Source: an uncultured virus (IMG/VR IMGVR_UViG_3300025646_006603) (taxonomy: Duplodnaviria > Heunggongvirae > Uroviricota > Caudoviricetes). Taken from it: a stretch of DNA of 64,000 nt. The notes under the pieces are model-generated. The model saw only the letters and a program-made list of their open reading frames with translations. It was not told where the DNA came from and made no database searches. The position numbers and the translations under genes were made by a program. How positions within the stretch are numbered: position 1 is the stretch's first letter; each line of letters starts with the position of its first letter. Location: IMG/VR virus record IMGVR_UViG_3300025646_006603. One strand, written 5' to 3'. Below, in pieces: positions 10,300 through 20,178 of the stretch.

Positions 10300-11304
10300 T
10301 TAAAGGTCCAACGTTTCTTCTTCTAACCTAAAATCACCACCAGTTCCAATGATGTCTTTCCAATAATCTGACTGTTCTGCTTTGTAATCTTCAATAGATT
10401 TTTTCTCTTCAGCTGCATCTTTACCTGCCAAGAATCCGTGAGCGGTTACCAAGATTTTTCCATCTTCATAACCCAAACCATTAATGTGGTTTTTCATAAC
10501 AGAAACTTTTGTACGAGTAGCAAACTTAACTTTTCGTTTGTCTTTTACCGCTGAAATTTTTGTGGTACCCGCACCTTTTTGGTTTCCGAATAAAAATACC
10601 AAAGATGAGTTTAACCAAATCGCTTCACCACCTTTAGCTTTAATTTTTGGTTGACCAAATGGATTGTCAGGAAGTTCAACCCACGGTTGGTTTACAATAA
10701 CCAATGAATTTTCATACTTTGATTCTGATTTACGAGAACCCGAAATTCTTTGGTTAATACCCATACCGATTTTGTCCGCAAGAACCGCGGCGTTGTGTTG
10801 TTTACCACCTTTACCTTCGTAAGTCATCTTACATGGTACTGAACCAACGGAATCCCAAAGGAATAGTAAATCATATTCTAATTCACCTTTTTCTTGAGCA
10901 TCTAACAATTCATTAATATAATCGGTAATTTGTTCGATATATTCAAAATTATTATTAAACAAGAAAAATCCATCCCAATCCAATTCACCCGTTTCTTGGT
11001 CCACCACTTCTTCACAATCAAAACCCATAAGTTTTGCGTGTTCAAAAGACCATTTTTGTTCTGTAATAATAAAAACAGGAAGGATACCTTTCTTCTGAGC
11101 ATCAACGGCAGTTTTAACCAAGGCAGTAGTTTTACCTGTGTCGGAGTGACCTAAAAACATATTTAGATGTCCAATTGCAGGACCTGGAACACCAACAGCG
11201 TCCAGAAAATCTTGACCCAAATCAAAAAACCTTTGTGGTTTAAATTTGGCTGAAGTTGAAAACTTCTTTTTAATACTACCGAAATCTTTTTTCTTAATTG
11301 CCAT
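10300..11304 (-). CDS. RecA/UvsX-like recombinase
   Basis: GHSDTGKTT Walker A, LWDSVGS Walker B, IVNQ, KGGEAI, KNH. Confidence 0.88.
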   Translation of the reverse strand: MAIKKKDFGSIKKKFSTSAKFKPQRFFDLGQDFLDAVGVPGPAIGHLNMFLGHSDTGKTTALVKTAVDAQKKGILPVFIITEQKWSFEHAKLMGFDCEEVVDQETGELDWDGFFLFNNNFEYIEQITDYINELLDAQEKGELEYDLLFLWDSVGSVPCKMTYEGKGGKQHNAAVLADKIGMGINQRISGSRKSESKYENSLVIVNQPWVELPDNPFGQPKIKAKGGEAIWLNSSLVFLFGNQKGAGTTKISAVKDKRKVKFATRTKVSVMKNHINGLGYEDGKILVTAHGFLAGKDAAEEKKSIEDYKAEQSDYWKDIIGTGGDFRLEEETLDL

Positions 11305-11321
11305 ATTTTTTAATATATAAA

Positions 11322-11348
11322 GATGGTGCAGACATTGCCTGCACCATC
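11322..11348 (-). terminator. Stem-loop after SSB gene (terminator or processing/stabilising hairpin)
   Basis: 10-bp perfect inverted repeat GATGGTGCAG/CTGCACCATC; weak U-tract. Confidence 0.55.
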
Positions 11349-11361
11349 AATTTAGTTTTTT

Positions 11362-12207
11362 TTAGAATGGAAGGTCCTCATCCACTTCCATATCCGCTTG
11401 TGGGTCAACAGTTTTTGAAGTTGAAGAACCACCTATAGTCATTTCAACATCATCACCATATACATACTTTTTAGCTTCACTATCCCAAACAGGAGTTTCT
11501 CCTCTTGCAACTGCTTCCAAATATTCTACAGGTTTTTTAGAATAAACATCTGCCCATGTCAATTCATCTTCCATCCACTCTTTCATTAAAGACGCATCTT
11601 CATGAAGTGGTGATGGGTCATCATACATAATGGTTTGAGTAATTGTGTACTCCTTACCCGCAGGTGTTTTAGCTTTAGTCAACTCAATGATAAGGTCACG
11701 ACCTTTTTGTGCGTCTGTGATATCACCCTTTTGTCTCCAAATTGGAATAATCTTATCCAAGATACCTTCTTGTTTGTAGTTGTCTTTAAATCTCCAAAAC
11801 TTAACACCATCATCTTCAGCATCACGGTCTACAACCTTAACAATGTAAAACTTACGTGAACGGTACTGACGAGCCAATTCTTTATCAGAAGCTTTACCTG
11901 TTGATACCAACTCTTCGTAAACTTCATTCAAAGGTGAACGCTCACCATCATTTTTCGCGGGGTCATACAATTTCATCCACTGACCATTTACCTGAAGCTC
12001 ATGATACCAAACTTCTTTGAATGGTGATGAACCATCAGATGTTGGAAGAATACGAACTCTTCTCTGACCTGTTTTTTCATTTTTTTGAAGAATAGTAGTA
12101 AAATACTTCTTCATTCTTTCGTCTTGCGACATTCCTGAACCTCCACCCATTGGTGTGGTGTTCTTCTCGTACTGAGCGAGAACTGCATCTAAACTTGAAT
12201 TACTCAT
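11362..12207 (-). CDS. Single-stranded DNA-binding protein, T4 gp32-like
   Basis: VRILP...PFKEVWYH, GVKFWRF, DITD...GRDLII, acidic C-terminal DEDLPF; next to recombinase. Confidence 0.82.
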   Translation of the reverse strand: MSNSSLDAVLAQYEKNTTPMGGGSGMSQDERMKKYFTTILQKNEKTGQRRVRILPTSDGSSPFKEVWYHELQVNGQWMKLYDPAKNDGERSPLNEVYEELVSTGKASDKELARQYRSRKFYIVKVVDRDAEDDGVKFWRFKDNYKQEGILDKIIPIWRQKGDITDAQKGRDLIIELTKAKTPAGKEYTITQTIMYDDPSPLHEDASLMKEWMEDELTWADVYSKKPVEYLEAVARGETPVWDSEAKKYVYGDDVEMTIGGSSTSKTVDPQADMEVDEDLPF

Positions 12208-12256
12208 TTTTTGTTTTTTTTTAAATTAATTGTTTATCTCTTTTATCGTGTACTTA

Positions 12257-12285
12257 ATAATAATCATTCGTCTGAATAAGTCAAA
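12257..12285 (-). promoter_or_regulatory. Putative host-RNAP promoter for the SSB-to-RNR replication block
   Basis: Minus strand TTTGACT-N16-TATTAT, directly downstream of a terminator. Confidence 0.5.
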
Positions 12286-12296
12286 CTATAGAAATG

Positions 12297-12324
12297 AAAA
12301 AAGACCACCGAAGTGGTCTTTTTT
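12297..12324 (-). terminator. Intrinsic (possibly bidirectional) terminator with cUUCGg tetraloop
   Basis: AAAAAAGACCAC-TTCG-GTGGTCTTTTTT. Confidence 0.85.
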
Positions 12325-12346
12325 AAAAAAATATTCTTTTAAGTGA

Positions 12347-13015
12347 TTAGAACTTATCTTGGTCCTGTTCAAACTTATTAAATGTATTTTTAATTTCATT
12401 AGGTGAAAAATTTTCAACTTCGTCTGTAGTTAAAATATACTCATTTTTTCCTGTTTTTTCAAACTCTTCTTGTTTATCAACAAAGAAATCAGTTAATTTT
12501 TGATTGTATGGGTAACTATCTAAACTTCTCAAAGACAATTTTTCTTCAGGAGTTTTTTCTCTATACTTCTCAATTTTGTTTTCAATATCATTAATTTTAG
12601 TGAAGATTGAATCCATCTGTGAAAGTTTCTGTTCCAAATCATCTAACTTAGAAAACATAGTACTCATAAATTCATCTTGTTTAGATTGTATATCTTTCTG
12701 AGCAGTAACTAATTCAGTAACATCTAATTCTTCAGTACCACCTTCTTCTGTTGGTTCAGAACTAGTAACGTCAGTTGATACGTCACCTTCGGTATCATCA
12801 ACAACCTCAACATCTGGGTCATTCTCAACATCTACAGGTTCTGGTATAGTATCAACACCAGTGTCTGCTGTAGGCGCTGTGTCTGTAGGTGCAGCATCCG
12901 TAGGTGGTGTCGCAGCGTCTGCAGCGGGCGCCTCAGCATCAAATTGTTCAGAGATATATTGATTTATCGAATTATATTTCTGAATCTCTTTTAAAATTTT
13001 TTTATCTACACTCAT
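12347..13015 (-). CDS. Acidic low-complexity/coiled-coil hypothetical protein (possible virion internal or scaffold protein)
   Basis: D/A/P/T-rich region followed by a coiled coil. Confidence 0.7.
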   Translation of the reverse strand: MSVDKKILKEIQKYNSINQYISEQFDAEAPAADAATPPTDAAPTDTAPTADTGVDTIPEPVDVENDPDVEVVDDTEGDVSTDVTSSEPTEEGGTEELDVTELVTAQKDIQSKQDEFMSTMFSKLDDLEQKLSQMDSIFTKINDIENKIEKYREKTPEEKLSLRSLDSYPYNQKLTDFFVDKQEEFEKTGKNEYILTTDEVENFSPNEIKNTFNKFEQDQDKF

Positions 13016-13027
13016 AATAATAATTTT

Positions 13028-13252
13028 TTAACCATTCAATAGAGTTTTTACTCCATTAGGCGTTTCAACTCTGAGAGTTCTGTTCATGTTCATAGTGTTA
13101 TCTACTCTTTCAATGAGACCGTCTCTCATTCTGACAGTGTAACAATCACCCGTATCTAAATCACAAACTTCTTTGTAGCCATTACCTGATTCACGTTCAG
13201 TAATACGAGTGTCTTTCATTAAGTAGTTATCTAAAAGATTTTTAATATCCAT
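13028..13252 (-). CDS. Hypothetical protein
   Basis: 74 aa, co-oriented, preceded by TATTTAT motif at 13266-13272. Confidence 0.7.
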   Translation of the reverse strand: MDIKNLLDNYLMKDTRITERESGNGYKEVCDLDTGDCYTVRMRDGLIERVDNTMNMNRTLRVETPNGVKTLLNG

Positions 13253-13295
13253 AACTTTTTTATTAATAAATATATCAAAACTTAACTTTTTCTAA

Positions 13296-16200
13296 TTATG
13301 GTAAGATATTCTGTGTTGCATTGAACATTTTATTGAATATTTTATTAAATTGGTCTTGAGAAAATGTTTCGTTTGTTATTTTAGTATCTGTTTGTTGTTT
13401 AATATTATTTCCATTTGAACCGTATCCGTAATTATCCACCCATGTTGATAAATAAAGATAGGTTAAAGCACTTGCTAATTTTTCATCATCAGTATTGTAA
13501 TTAATACTTAGAGTTTTAAGTTTTTCAATAATAACATTAAAATTCTTGTAGAACTCTAAATAAAAATCAACACTTTTATTCATACTTTCAAAACTAAATA
13601 TAGGTAAAGTGTTACCATTAACATCCACACAAACTTGTCCATTAGTAAGTCCCGTTAAGTTTTGATATGTTGGAGCACCATTGGTTTCACTATTAGCACC
13701 AACTCCATACATATTATTATTAGGACAATCAAATGTACCAACACCGCCTCTTCTATATGAAACCACACCATAGGCGAAGATTCTTAAATTTAAATCTATA
13801 TTAGTTAAACTATTTAAATAATTTCTAACATCATTTACCGCAATTCTACTATTTTGGAAATCAACAAACGCAAGTGATGGATATGTTGTACCATTAGTAC
13901 AACTTTCACCTGAACCCGGATTTTCAGTACCACTTGTAACACTATTATTTGTTTGATTTGTTAAGTTTTCTTGAGCTTCTTGACTTCTCTTCTTTCTATA
14001 TACTTGTTCATATTTTTTTAACAAGTTCTTATTAACACTCATAACTAATTTATCAATCGATGGGAATGAAAAAATAGGTTGTCTAATTCCTTCAAATGTC
14101 GTTTCAAAACCATTGTTACTAATATTATGACTTACTCTAGTTATAAAATAAGGTCCATAAAACATAGGTACATGTCTAAGATTAAAATACATGGTTGGTT
14201 GTATCATCATATTACCCATTGATGATACTGCACAAGTATAACTTCTAGTTCTATATACGTTATATAAGGATGCCGTTTGTTGTGCTACTTTATCTCCTGA
14301 AGCTTGGTTAGCCATGTCACTTAATACTTGGAAAGTTTCTGAAGTATTTTTATATTGATTTTGGTCTAAACTAATTGATTTAAATATGTTTTGATTTCTA
14401 ATACCAAAATCTAAATTAAATCCAACTACTTTATTAGATTTACTCCAATCTATTTTGTTTGATTGGTTTTCCAATAATGGATTATTACTACTTCTTCTTA
14501 AATCAAAAGTGTCGGTTTTAAATCTTGATGTTTTATTTTCCTTCATATCCAAATGTTCTGAAGGTTTACCAACATATAAACATAAAAACTTAGGTCTTGA
14601 ATCTTGGTAATCTACCTCCAAGAAAGTTCCAAAAGCCGAATTGGCAATATCAGGATTTACAGTTGGTACACCATTTTTCGAAGCTTCTTGTATACCATAA
14701 AAATTAATATAAGACGGTAATGCCATGAATATAAAATTATTCTCTGACAATATATAACCTATTAAACTCATCAATGAAAAACTTGAAACTTTACCTTTTA
14801 AATATGACTTTAGTGAGGTAACATCAATTGTAAAATCATCACCAATATCTCTGTTCGCCCTATCTAAAAACAAGAAATCTTCAAATAATGTTCTTGTTTT
14901 AAAATTACCACCAGCAATCCACTTGTCATTAAGATTTTTTAATGTGGTATAAACTTCAAGTTTAGGTTGTTCCCCATCGACAGCACTTAAGTTATTGTTA
15001 GTTTCTGACTCACTATAATTAGGTAATTTGTTTCTTAACTGTGTAAATGTGTTGTTTAATATTCTTTCTCTGAATGATGATTGGTCGGCTACTAATTTTT
15101 TTATGTTCGTTTGAAAACTACTACTATTTCCCCCATTTAATTTTTCATTAACATACATTTTTATTATCTGAGAAAGGTCTCTAATATTATCAACAGTAAA
15201 ATCAATATTATTGTCAATAAAGAAATCTGTAATGTATGAACCGTTATTAGTATATGTTATACCTGAAATTGTTGAGAATCCAACATAGGTTTGAAGAGCG
15301 CTCCACTCATCAGGAAATGCCTGTTGACTAATTACCAAAGGTGTTAAAGTACCATCACCAGGAAGAGTACCACTAATATAATTACCAAAAGATATTGGTT
15401 CTGTAACAAGAGCGGGTTTAACAAATGAACCAAATATTCTTTCATTATATTTTCCTGTATTACCTAGTTTTAATATTACCTTGTAATTTAAAAAGTCGGT
15501 TAAATAAGAAACAGTATTATTCATTTGTAACACACCCAACTTGTAACTATCATTGTCGGAACTGTTTGTTTTTTGGAACTCTCCTGAGAATCCCATAATT
15601 TCTGACAACACTAATTGTATGTTTCTAAATCTTCTATTTAACGCATTTTGTACTAAAAATTCATTTGAATTATTGGCTTCACCATCTAACAAATTAACAC
15701 CATCATTTAAAGGTTTACAGAAATTTAAAAATTCTGTTTCAAACTTATCTAAAGTGTTCTTGTCAAAAATTGAAAATAATTCTTCAACACTTGAATATTG
15801 AAAATCTGACTCTAAGGTAAACGCACTTTGTTTACTATCACCTGTATAAATTTGTTTCAAATATTGAGTTGGTGAAGGTTTTTGTATTAAATTATTATTA
15901 TAATAACCGTAATTTGGCGATAACCATAAACTTCTAACCGAACCATTATAAATAGAAGTATTACCTGTCATCTCAAGTATTAATTTACCATCGTTATTGG
16001 TACATTCAAACTTTGATTGGTTAAATGGTAAAAATCCACAAGATGGGAAAACTAAATAATCCTTATCATTAATTGCAGTATTTTCTCTATCTGTATTTCC
16101 ATCCAATTCTATATATTGGAAGTAGTTATTCAAAGCTAATCCTCTTGTTGGGTTATTAGGGTCAAACCCAAAATTAAAATTCGTATTGGCTGTCTTCATC

Positions 16201-19200
16201 TCACCAACATAAAACTTTTTGTTATATGCAGAAGTTAAGTCATTTTGCGTAATACCTGTCAATAAATCCTTTGCAGTAAAGAAATAATAAGTGTCATTTA
16301 CCATTTTAGGATAAAAACCAACATTCATAAAAGAGAATGTTGACGGTAGAACCTGAATATTAGATTCCATATTGAACTGTGATGTACCACCCGTATAGTT
16401 AGCATAATTATACGTAGTTGTCGTAGCACTGTTTACAGGGTCATAACCTTGTAAGTAATTATAATCAGTCCAAACGTCATCTAAGATATCTTCATTATTT
16501 TCAATATAGTTTTTGTATCTATGCCATATTGAACCATATTTTAATATCCACGCATATGGTAATTTGTGCACCGCAGAAAATTTATTTAATACTGACCATA
16601 TATAGTCCAACTCTGTTTCAACATCGTCATCATTAAAACTCTTAAATTTTTCTTTTAATGTTGCTAATGGTAATGAGTTTACCAACAGATAACCTAAAGA
16701 TTTAAAACTAACGTTAGTTTGATTTGTACTATTTCTTAAATCATCGGCAGCTTTACTTATCGCATTAACAAAATAAGGTGTGTTTAATAATGAAGTAGTT
16801 TGAGTGTTTGTTAAACCAGAAGTGCCATATTCATTACCATAGTTTAGAAAAGATTCAGTAATCCAAAGATTTTCAAAGTTTTTATCCTCATAGAATTTCT
16901 TAGCACCCTCTCTAGTTATCTGATTAAGACCAACAGTTGTAGAACCACCTTGTGCAAAATTATCAAAATTTAAAATGTTTTGAGTTGACCCCTCACCCGT
17001 ATTTCCTCTCCAATATGTTGAAGTTAATACTGTTTTATCATAGGTATTGTCCTGAAGTCCAAATGAAGAAATTACTTTCTTTTCATCATTAAACACTAAC
17101 GTATTAATTGTTACGTTAGATTCTGTTGTACTGTTTACAGTTTTTCCATTTGCCAAGTTTAACTTCTCCCATTCTAAGTTTGTGAATGGATAAACATCAT
17201 AATATGTAAAATCATTTGAAGATGTATTTTTTAAATATTCTTTAATGTTTTCTGAAGAAGTTGAACCATTTGTTACTTCAGGTGTTGTATTAAAAACTGT
17301 TATATCGTATATTTGTGTTGGGTTGTTTACCAAAGTTTCAATGTATGGTGTAACAAAATTTCCTTTTCTGTGTTCTGTCCATAATTCACCCTCACCATTT
17401 AGTGATTGGCTTCTTAATTCTTCAATAAATGTTGCATAAGAAAACGCAAAGTTTTTTAACTTAATAGTAAGTGACAAACTTTTCTTTACCGCTTCTGATA
17501 TATTGTGATATTCAAATTCACCCAATAAGGCATAAACTTCATTACCATTACTTGAGGGTCTAAACAGTTTAGTGTAGTCAGAAGCTAACATTGACCTTTC
17601 TAAAATCTCATACAAGAAATTAGTTTCTGTTAGGTCTGTATATGGTATGTCTGTATTTGGGAATTCAATCGCACTGTTACCAATATATTCAATTTCAACA
17701 CCCGGATTTGCAAGACCTGTTGGGCTTTGCTGAATATCTTTTTGTACTGAACCTTTTAAATATTCTTCAACAAATTGTATCTCAGGCCAAACACTATACA
17801 AATAACCTTTAGTTTTTGCCAATGAAGATGGGTCACCAGGATATTTTATCACATAGTTTGAGTTACCATTACTATCTAATTCTGTTTCAAAATATTGTGG
17901 CCATGGATATACAATATTATCTTCAGTTAATTTTCCATCAACTGTTACTTTTTGAACTGCGTCTTTTGTATCAGTTCCAAAATTTTTGTCGGGGTCAATT
18001 ATCGAAGTTAATCTAATTGGGTTATCTTTTTGTGAGTACGCTCTTGTGTGAGTGTCATCCATTAATCTTAGAAATGCATCAGCATTTGCACAGATTACAC
18101 CTATGGTATTTCTAATTGTTGGGTTAAACCCTAATCCACCTTCAGAAGCCGGTCTTGTAATTTTTCTAGCCAATGATTTTGAAAGCGCCACCTCAATATT
18201 CTGCTCTTCTCTATTGAACTGTCTTTCCATTCTATCCAATAAATCCAAAAAGGTATTCTGTGGGAAGTTTGCATCATCAAAAGTATCACCAAAAACATAA
18301 TAAGGTTGTTTTTCACTAACCAAATTACCATTTACTAAAACTTGTACTTGTAGATTTAACTCAGTTAATAATTCAGCCCTGAATGTTGTTAATTCTTGTT
18401 CTGATGGTTGTCTATTTTTTCTTAAAATAAAAGTTTTTTCAAAATCTATTTTGTTAGAGTCAACACCATTTTTTTTAATTACATTTGTATTAACAGTAAA
18501 ATTAATTTGACTGTTAACTGTTTCTATTTTACCTGTATCAGGATTTTCTAAAGTATAACTTCCGTTATTACCAAATGTATTATTTTGAGTTAATATTTCC
18601 TCATATCTTTTAATAATTTCATTTAGTTTTGTATTTGCTTGCTGAGTTTTTTGTGAATCTTCACGTATGTCTTTTTTTAACGGATAATAAACATAACCAT
18701 TACCTCTATCTTTAGATTCAACTATTGGAAAAGAACCATCAACATAATCATTGTAAAACGCACCACTAACACTTGAAAATATTTCTCTTCTAAATTTACC
18801 TAATTGTTTTCTATATTCACTAATATCATTTAATACTTCAAGATTCTGTGGTCCAAACTGTTCATTAATATAACGTTCTAAAGATTCAATTCTATAAACA
18901 AATTCACTTAATGTTAACTCTTCAAAGTTTTGGTCTAATAGTCCTTTAGCTTTATATTGACTATACACTTCACCTAACATCTGTCGACCTTTAGTTGTAT
19001 TCTGTATCGTAACAGGGGTTGTAGATGGTACGTTCCCTGATTGGGCTTGTTGTTGTTGTGCTGAAGACGCTGTACTATCTTCGTTTCTTGTAATTTGTTT
19101 ACTATACATTCTAGGCCCAGTAAATAAATGTTGAATATTAATATCCTCAAGTATTGCCGATGTTCTACCAATAAATTCTGTAGTAATTTTATAGTTACCA

Positions 19201-19871
19201 TCTGAAGGGTCAAATCTTGCGTTGAATTTTTTTAACATCAACTCATATTTAACTGCCTTACCATAATAACCTTTAACTGTTAAATAAAAAATTGGATATG
19301 GTAGTTGAAAAAACGCCGAATATGGAGATTGGTCTCCTTGTTCAAAAAGAGTTCTTCCTTGAACGTCAACCATTTCAATTACAACTTGTGGTATGTAAGC
19401 GGGATTATTGTCAATTTTAATACTTGTAATACCAAGACCTTGGGTATCTTCAACATTAATTGTTTTTCTTACTACCTTTCTATTTGGTTCTTGTCCTACT
19501 ATATATTCTTGTATTTGATTAATACCCTTACCTTCTCTTGAACCTTTACCTGTTTGTTGGTCTGACCAACTCGTATCCATCGCTAATTTACCTCTTGGAC
19601 TCAAAAAATTTATTTCTTGTAATCCTGGTTCTCCTAATGTTGCAACGGATGTATTAATTACGGAATCATCTAAATCTGAACCAACCGCTAATTTTGTTCT
19701 TGGTAATACTTTAGCTTCTAAATTGGCATAAAAAATTAAATCCTCATGGTCAACCAATCTTTCTTCAACTTCACCATTAGGCAACGTTATTTTGTTTGGG
19801 TCAACCAAAATAATGTTTTCATAATCATTTTCAACGTAAATGTTTTTTGTTTGTCTATTGTTACCTGCCAT
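13296..19871 (-). CDS. Very large baseplate hub-like structural protein (gp27/late-control D-like ends) with possible degenerate muramidase-like C-terminus
   Basis: 2191 aa; C-terminal MGNMMIQPTMYF...FYGPYFITRVSHNI...FETTFEGIR resembles hub proteins; follows LysM/gp53-like gene. Confidence 0.65.
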   Translation of the reverse strand: MAGNNRQTKNIYVENDYENIILVDPNKITLPNGEVEERLVDHEDLIFYANLEAKVLPRTKLAVGSDLDDSVINTSVATLGEPGLQEINFLSPRGKLAMDTSWSDQQTGKGSREGKGINQIQEYIVGQEPNRKVVRKTINVEDTQGLGITSIKIDNNPAYIPQVVIEMVDVQGRTLFEQGDQSPYSAFFQLPYPIFYLTVKGYYGKAVKYELMLKKFNARFDPSDGNYKITTEFIGRTSAILEDINIQHLFTGPRMYSKQITRNEDSTASSAQQQQAQSGNVPSTTPVTIQNTTKGRQMLGEVYSQYKAKGLLDQNFEELTLSEFVYRIESLERYINEQFGPQNLEVLNDISEYRKQLGKFRREIFSSVSGAFYNDYVDGSFPIVESKDRGNGYVYYPLKKDIREDSQKTQQANTKLNEIIKRYEEILTQNNTFGNNGSYTLENPDTGKIETVNSQINFTVNTNVIKKNGVDSNKIDFEKTFILRKNRQPSEQELTTFRAELLTELNLQVQVLVNGNLVSEKQPYYVFGDTFDDANFPQNTFLDLLDRMERQFNREEQNIEVALSKSLARKITRPASEGGLGFNPTIRNTIGVICANADAFLRLMDDTHTRAYSQKDNPIRLTSIIDPDKNFGTDTKDAVQKVTVDGKLTEDNIVYPWPQYFETELDSNGNSNYVIKYPGDPSSLAKTKGYLYSVWPEIQFVEEYLKGSVQKDIQQSPTGLANPGVEIEYIGNSAIEFPNTDIPYTDLTETNFLYEILERSMLASDYTKLFRPSSNGNEVYALLGEFEYHNISEAVKKSLSLTIKLKNFAFSYATFIEELRSQSLNGEGELWTEHRKGNFVTPYIETLVNNPTQIYDITVFNTTPEVTNGSTSSENIKEYLKNTSSNDFTYYDVYPFTNLEWEKLNLANGKTVNSTTESNVTINTLVFNDEKKVISSFGLQDNTYDKTVLTSTYWRGNTGEGSTQNILNFDNFAQGGSTTVGLNQITREGAKKFYEDKNFENLWITESFLNYGNEYGTSGLTNTQTTSLLNTPYFVNAISKAADDLRNSTNQTNVSFKSLGYLLVNSLPLATLKEKFKSFNDDDVETELDYIWSVLNKFSAVHKLPYAWILKYGSIWHRYKNYIENNEDILDDVWTDYNYLQGYDPVNSATTTTYNYANYTGGTSQFNMESNIQVLPSTFSFMNVGFYPKMVNDTYYFFTAKDLLTGITQNDLTSAYNKKFYVGEMKTANTNFNFGFDPNNPTRGLALNNYFQYIELDGNTDRENTAINDKDYLVFPSCGFLPFNQSKFECTNNDGKLILEMTGNTSIYNGSVRSLWLSPNYGYYNNNLIQKPSPTQYLKQIYTGDSKQSAFTLESDFQYSSVEELFSIFDKNTLDKFETEFLNFCKPLNDGVNLLDGEANNSNEFLVQNALNRRFRNIQLVLSEIMGFSGEFQKTNSSDNDSYKLGVLQMNNTVSYLTDFLNYKVILKLGNTGKYNERIFGSFVKPALVTEPISFGNYISGTLPGDGTLTPLVISQQAFPDEWSALQTYVGFSTISGITYTNNGSYITDFFIDNNIDFTVDNIRDLSQIIKMYVNEKLNGGNSSSFQTNIKKLVADQSSFRERILNNTFTQLRNKLPNYSESETNNNLSAVDGEQPKLEVYTTLKNLNDKWIAGGNFKTRTLFEDFLFLDRANRDIGDDFTIDVTSLKSYLKGKVSSFSLMSLIGYILSENNFIFMALPSYINFYGIQEASKNGVPTVNPDIANSAFGTFLEVDYQDSRPKFLCLYVGKPSEHLDMKENKTSRFKTDTFDLRRSSNNPLLENQSNKIDWSKSNKVVGFNLDFGIRNQNIFKSISLDQNQYKNTSETFQVLSDMANQASGDKVAQQTASLYNVYRTRSYTCAVSSMGNMMIQPTMYFNLRHVPMFYGPYFITRVSHNISNNGFETTFEGIRQPIFSFPSIDKLVMSVNKNLLKKYEQVYRKKRSQEAQENLTNQTNNSVTSGTENPGSGESCTNGTTYPSLAFVDFQNSRIAVNDVRNYLNSLTNIDLNLRIFAYGVVSYRRGGVGTFDCPNNNMYGVGANSETNGAPTYQNLTGLTNGQVCVDVNGNTLPIFSFESMNKSVDFYLEFYKNFNVIIEKLKTLSINYNTDDEKLASALTYLYLSTWVDNYGYGSNGNNIKQQTDTKITNETFSQDQFNKIFNKMFNATQNILP

Positions 19872-20178
19872 AGTAGAAGAAATGATTATCCAATGCTGAT
19901 TTATAGTCCTGTAAAGAAGTTATTAATGGAAATGGAATAATCAATGTTGTAGAATCAGGAATATTTGTTTCCAAACCACCAAAATTTGGGTTAGCCACCA
20001 TAATCAACCAACCAAAATATGGTGTTGAATATATTTCCTGAGATATTTTGTCTAATCTACTTCTTCCGACTTTATAGATGTATTTCTTATCAGTCGGCTT
20101 AGCAGGTATTCTAACAAAAGGAACAACGGTTTGTTGTCCATTAATTAAAAACTCTTTATATCTGTTATAGTACTGCAT
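19861..20178 (-). CDS. Baseplate LysM-like protein (T4 gp53/tail protein X-like)
   Basis: RLDKISQEIYSTPYFGWLIMVANP...LIIP motif. Confidence 0.75.
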   Translation of the reverse strand: MQYYNRYKEFLINGQQTVVPFVRIPAKPTDKKYIYKVGRSRLDKISQEIYSTPYFGWLIMVANPNFGGLETNIPDSTTLIIPFPLITSLQDYKSALDNHFFYYGR

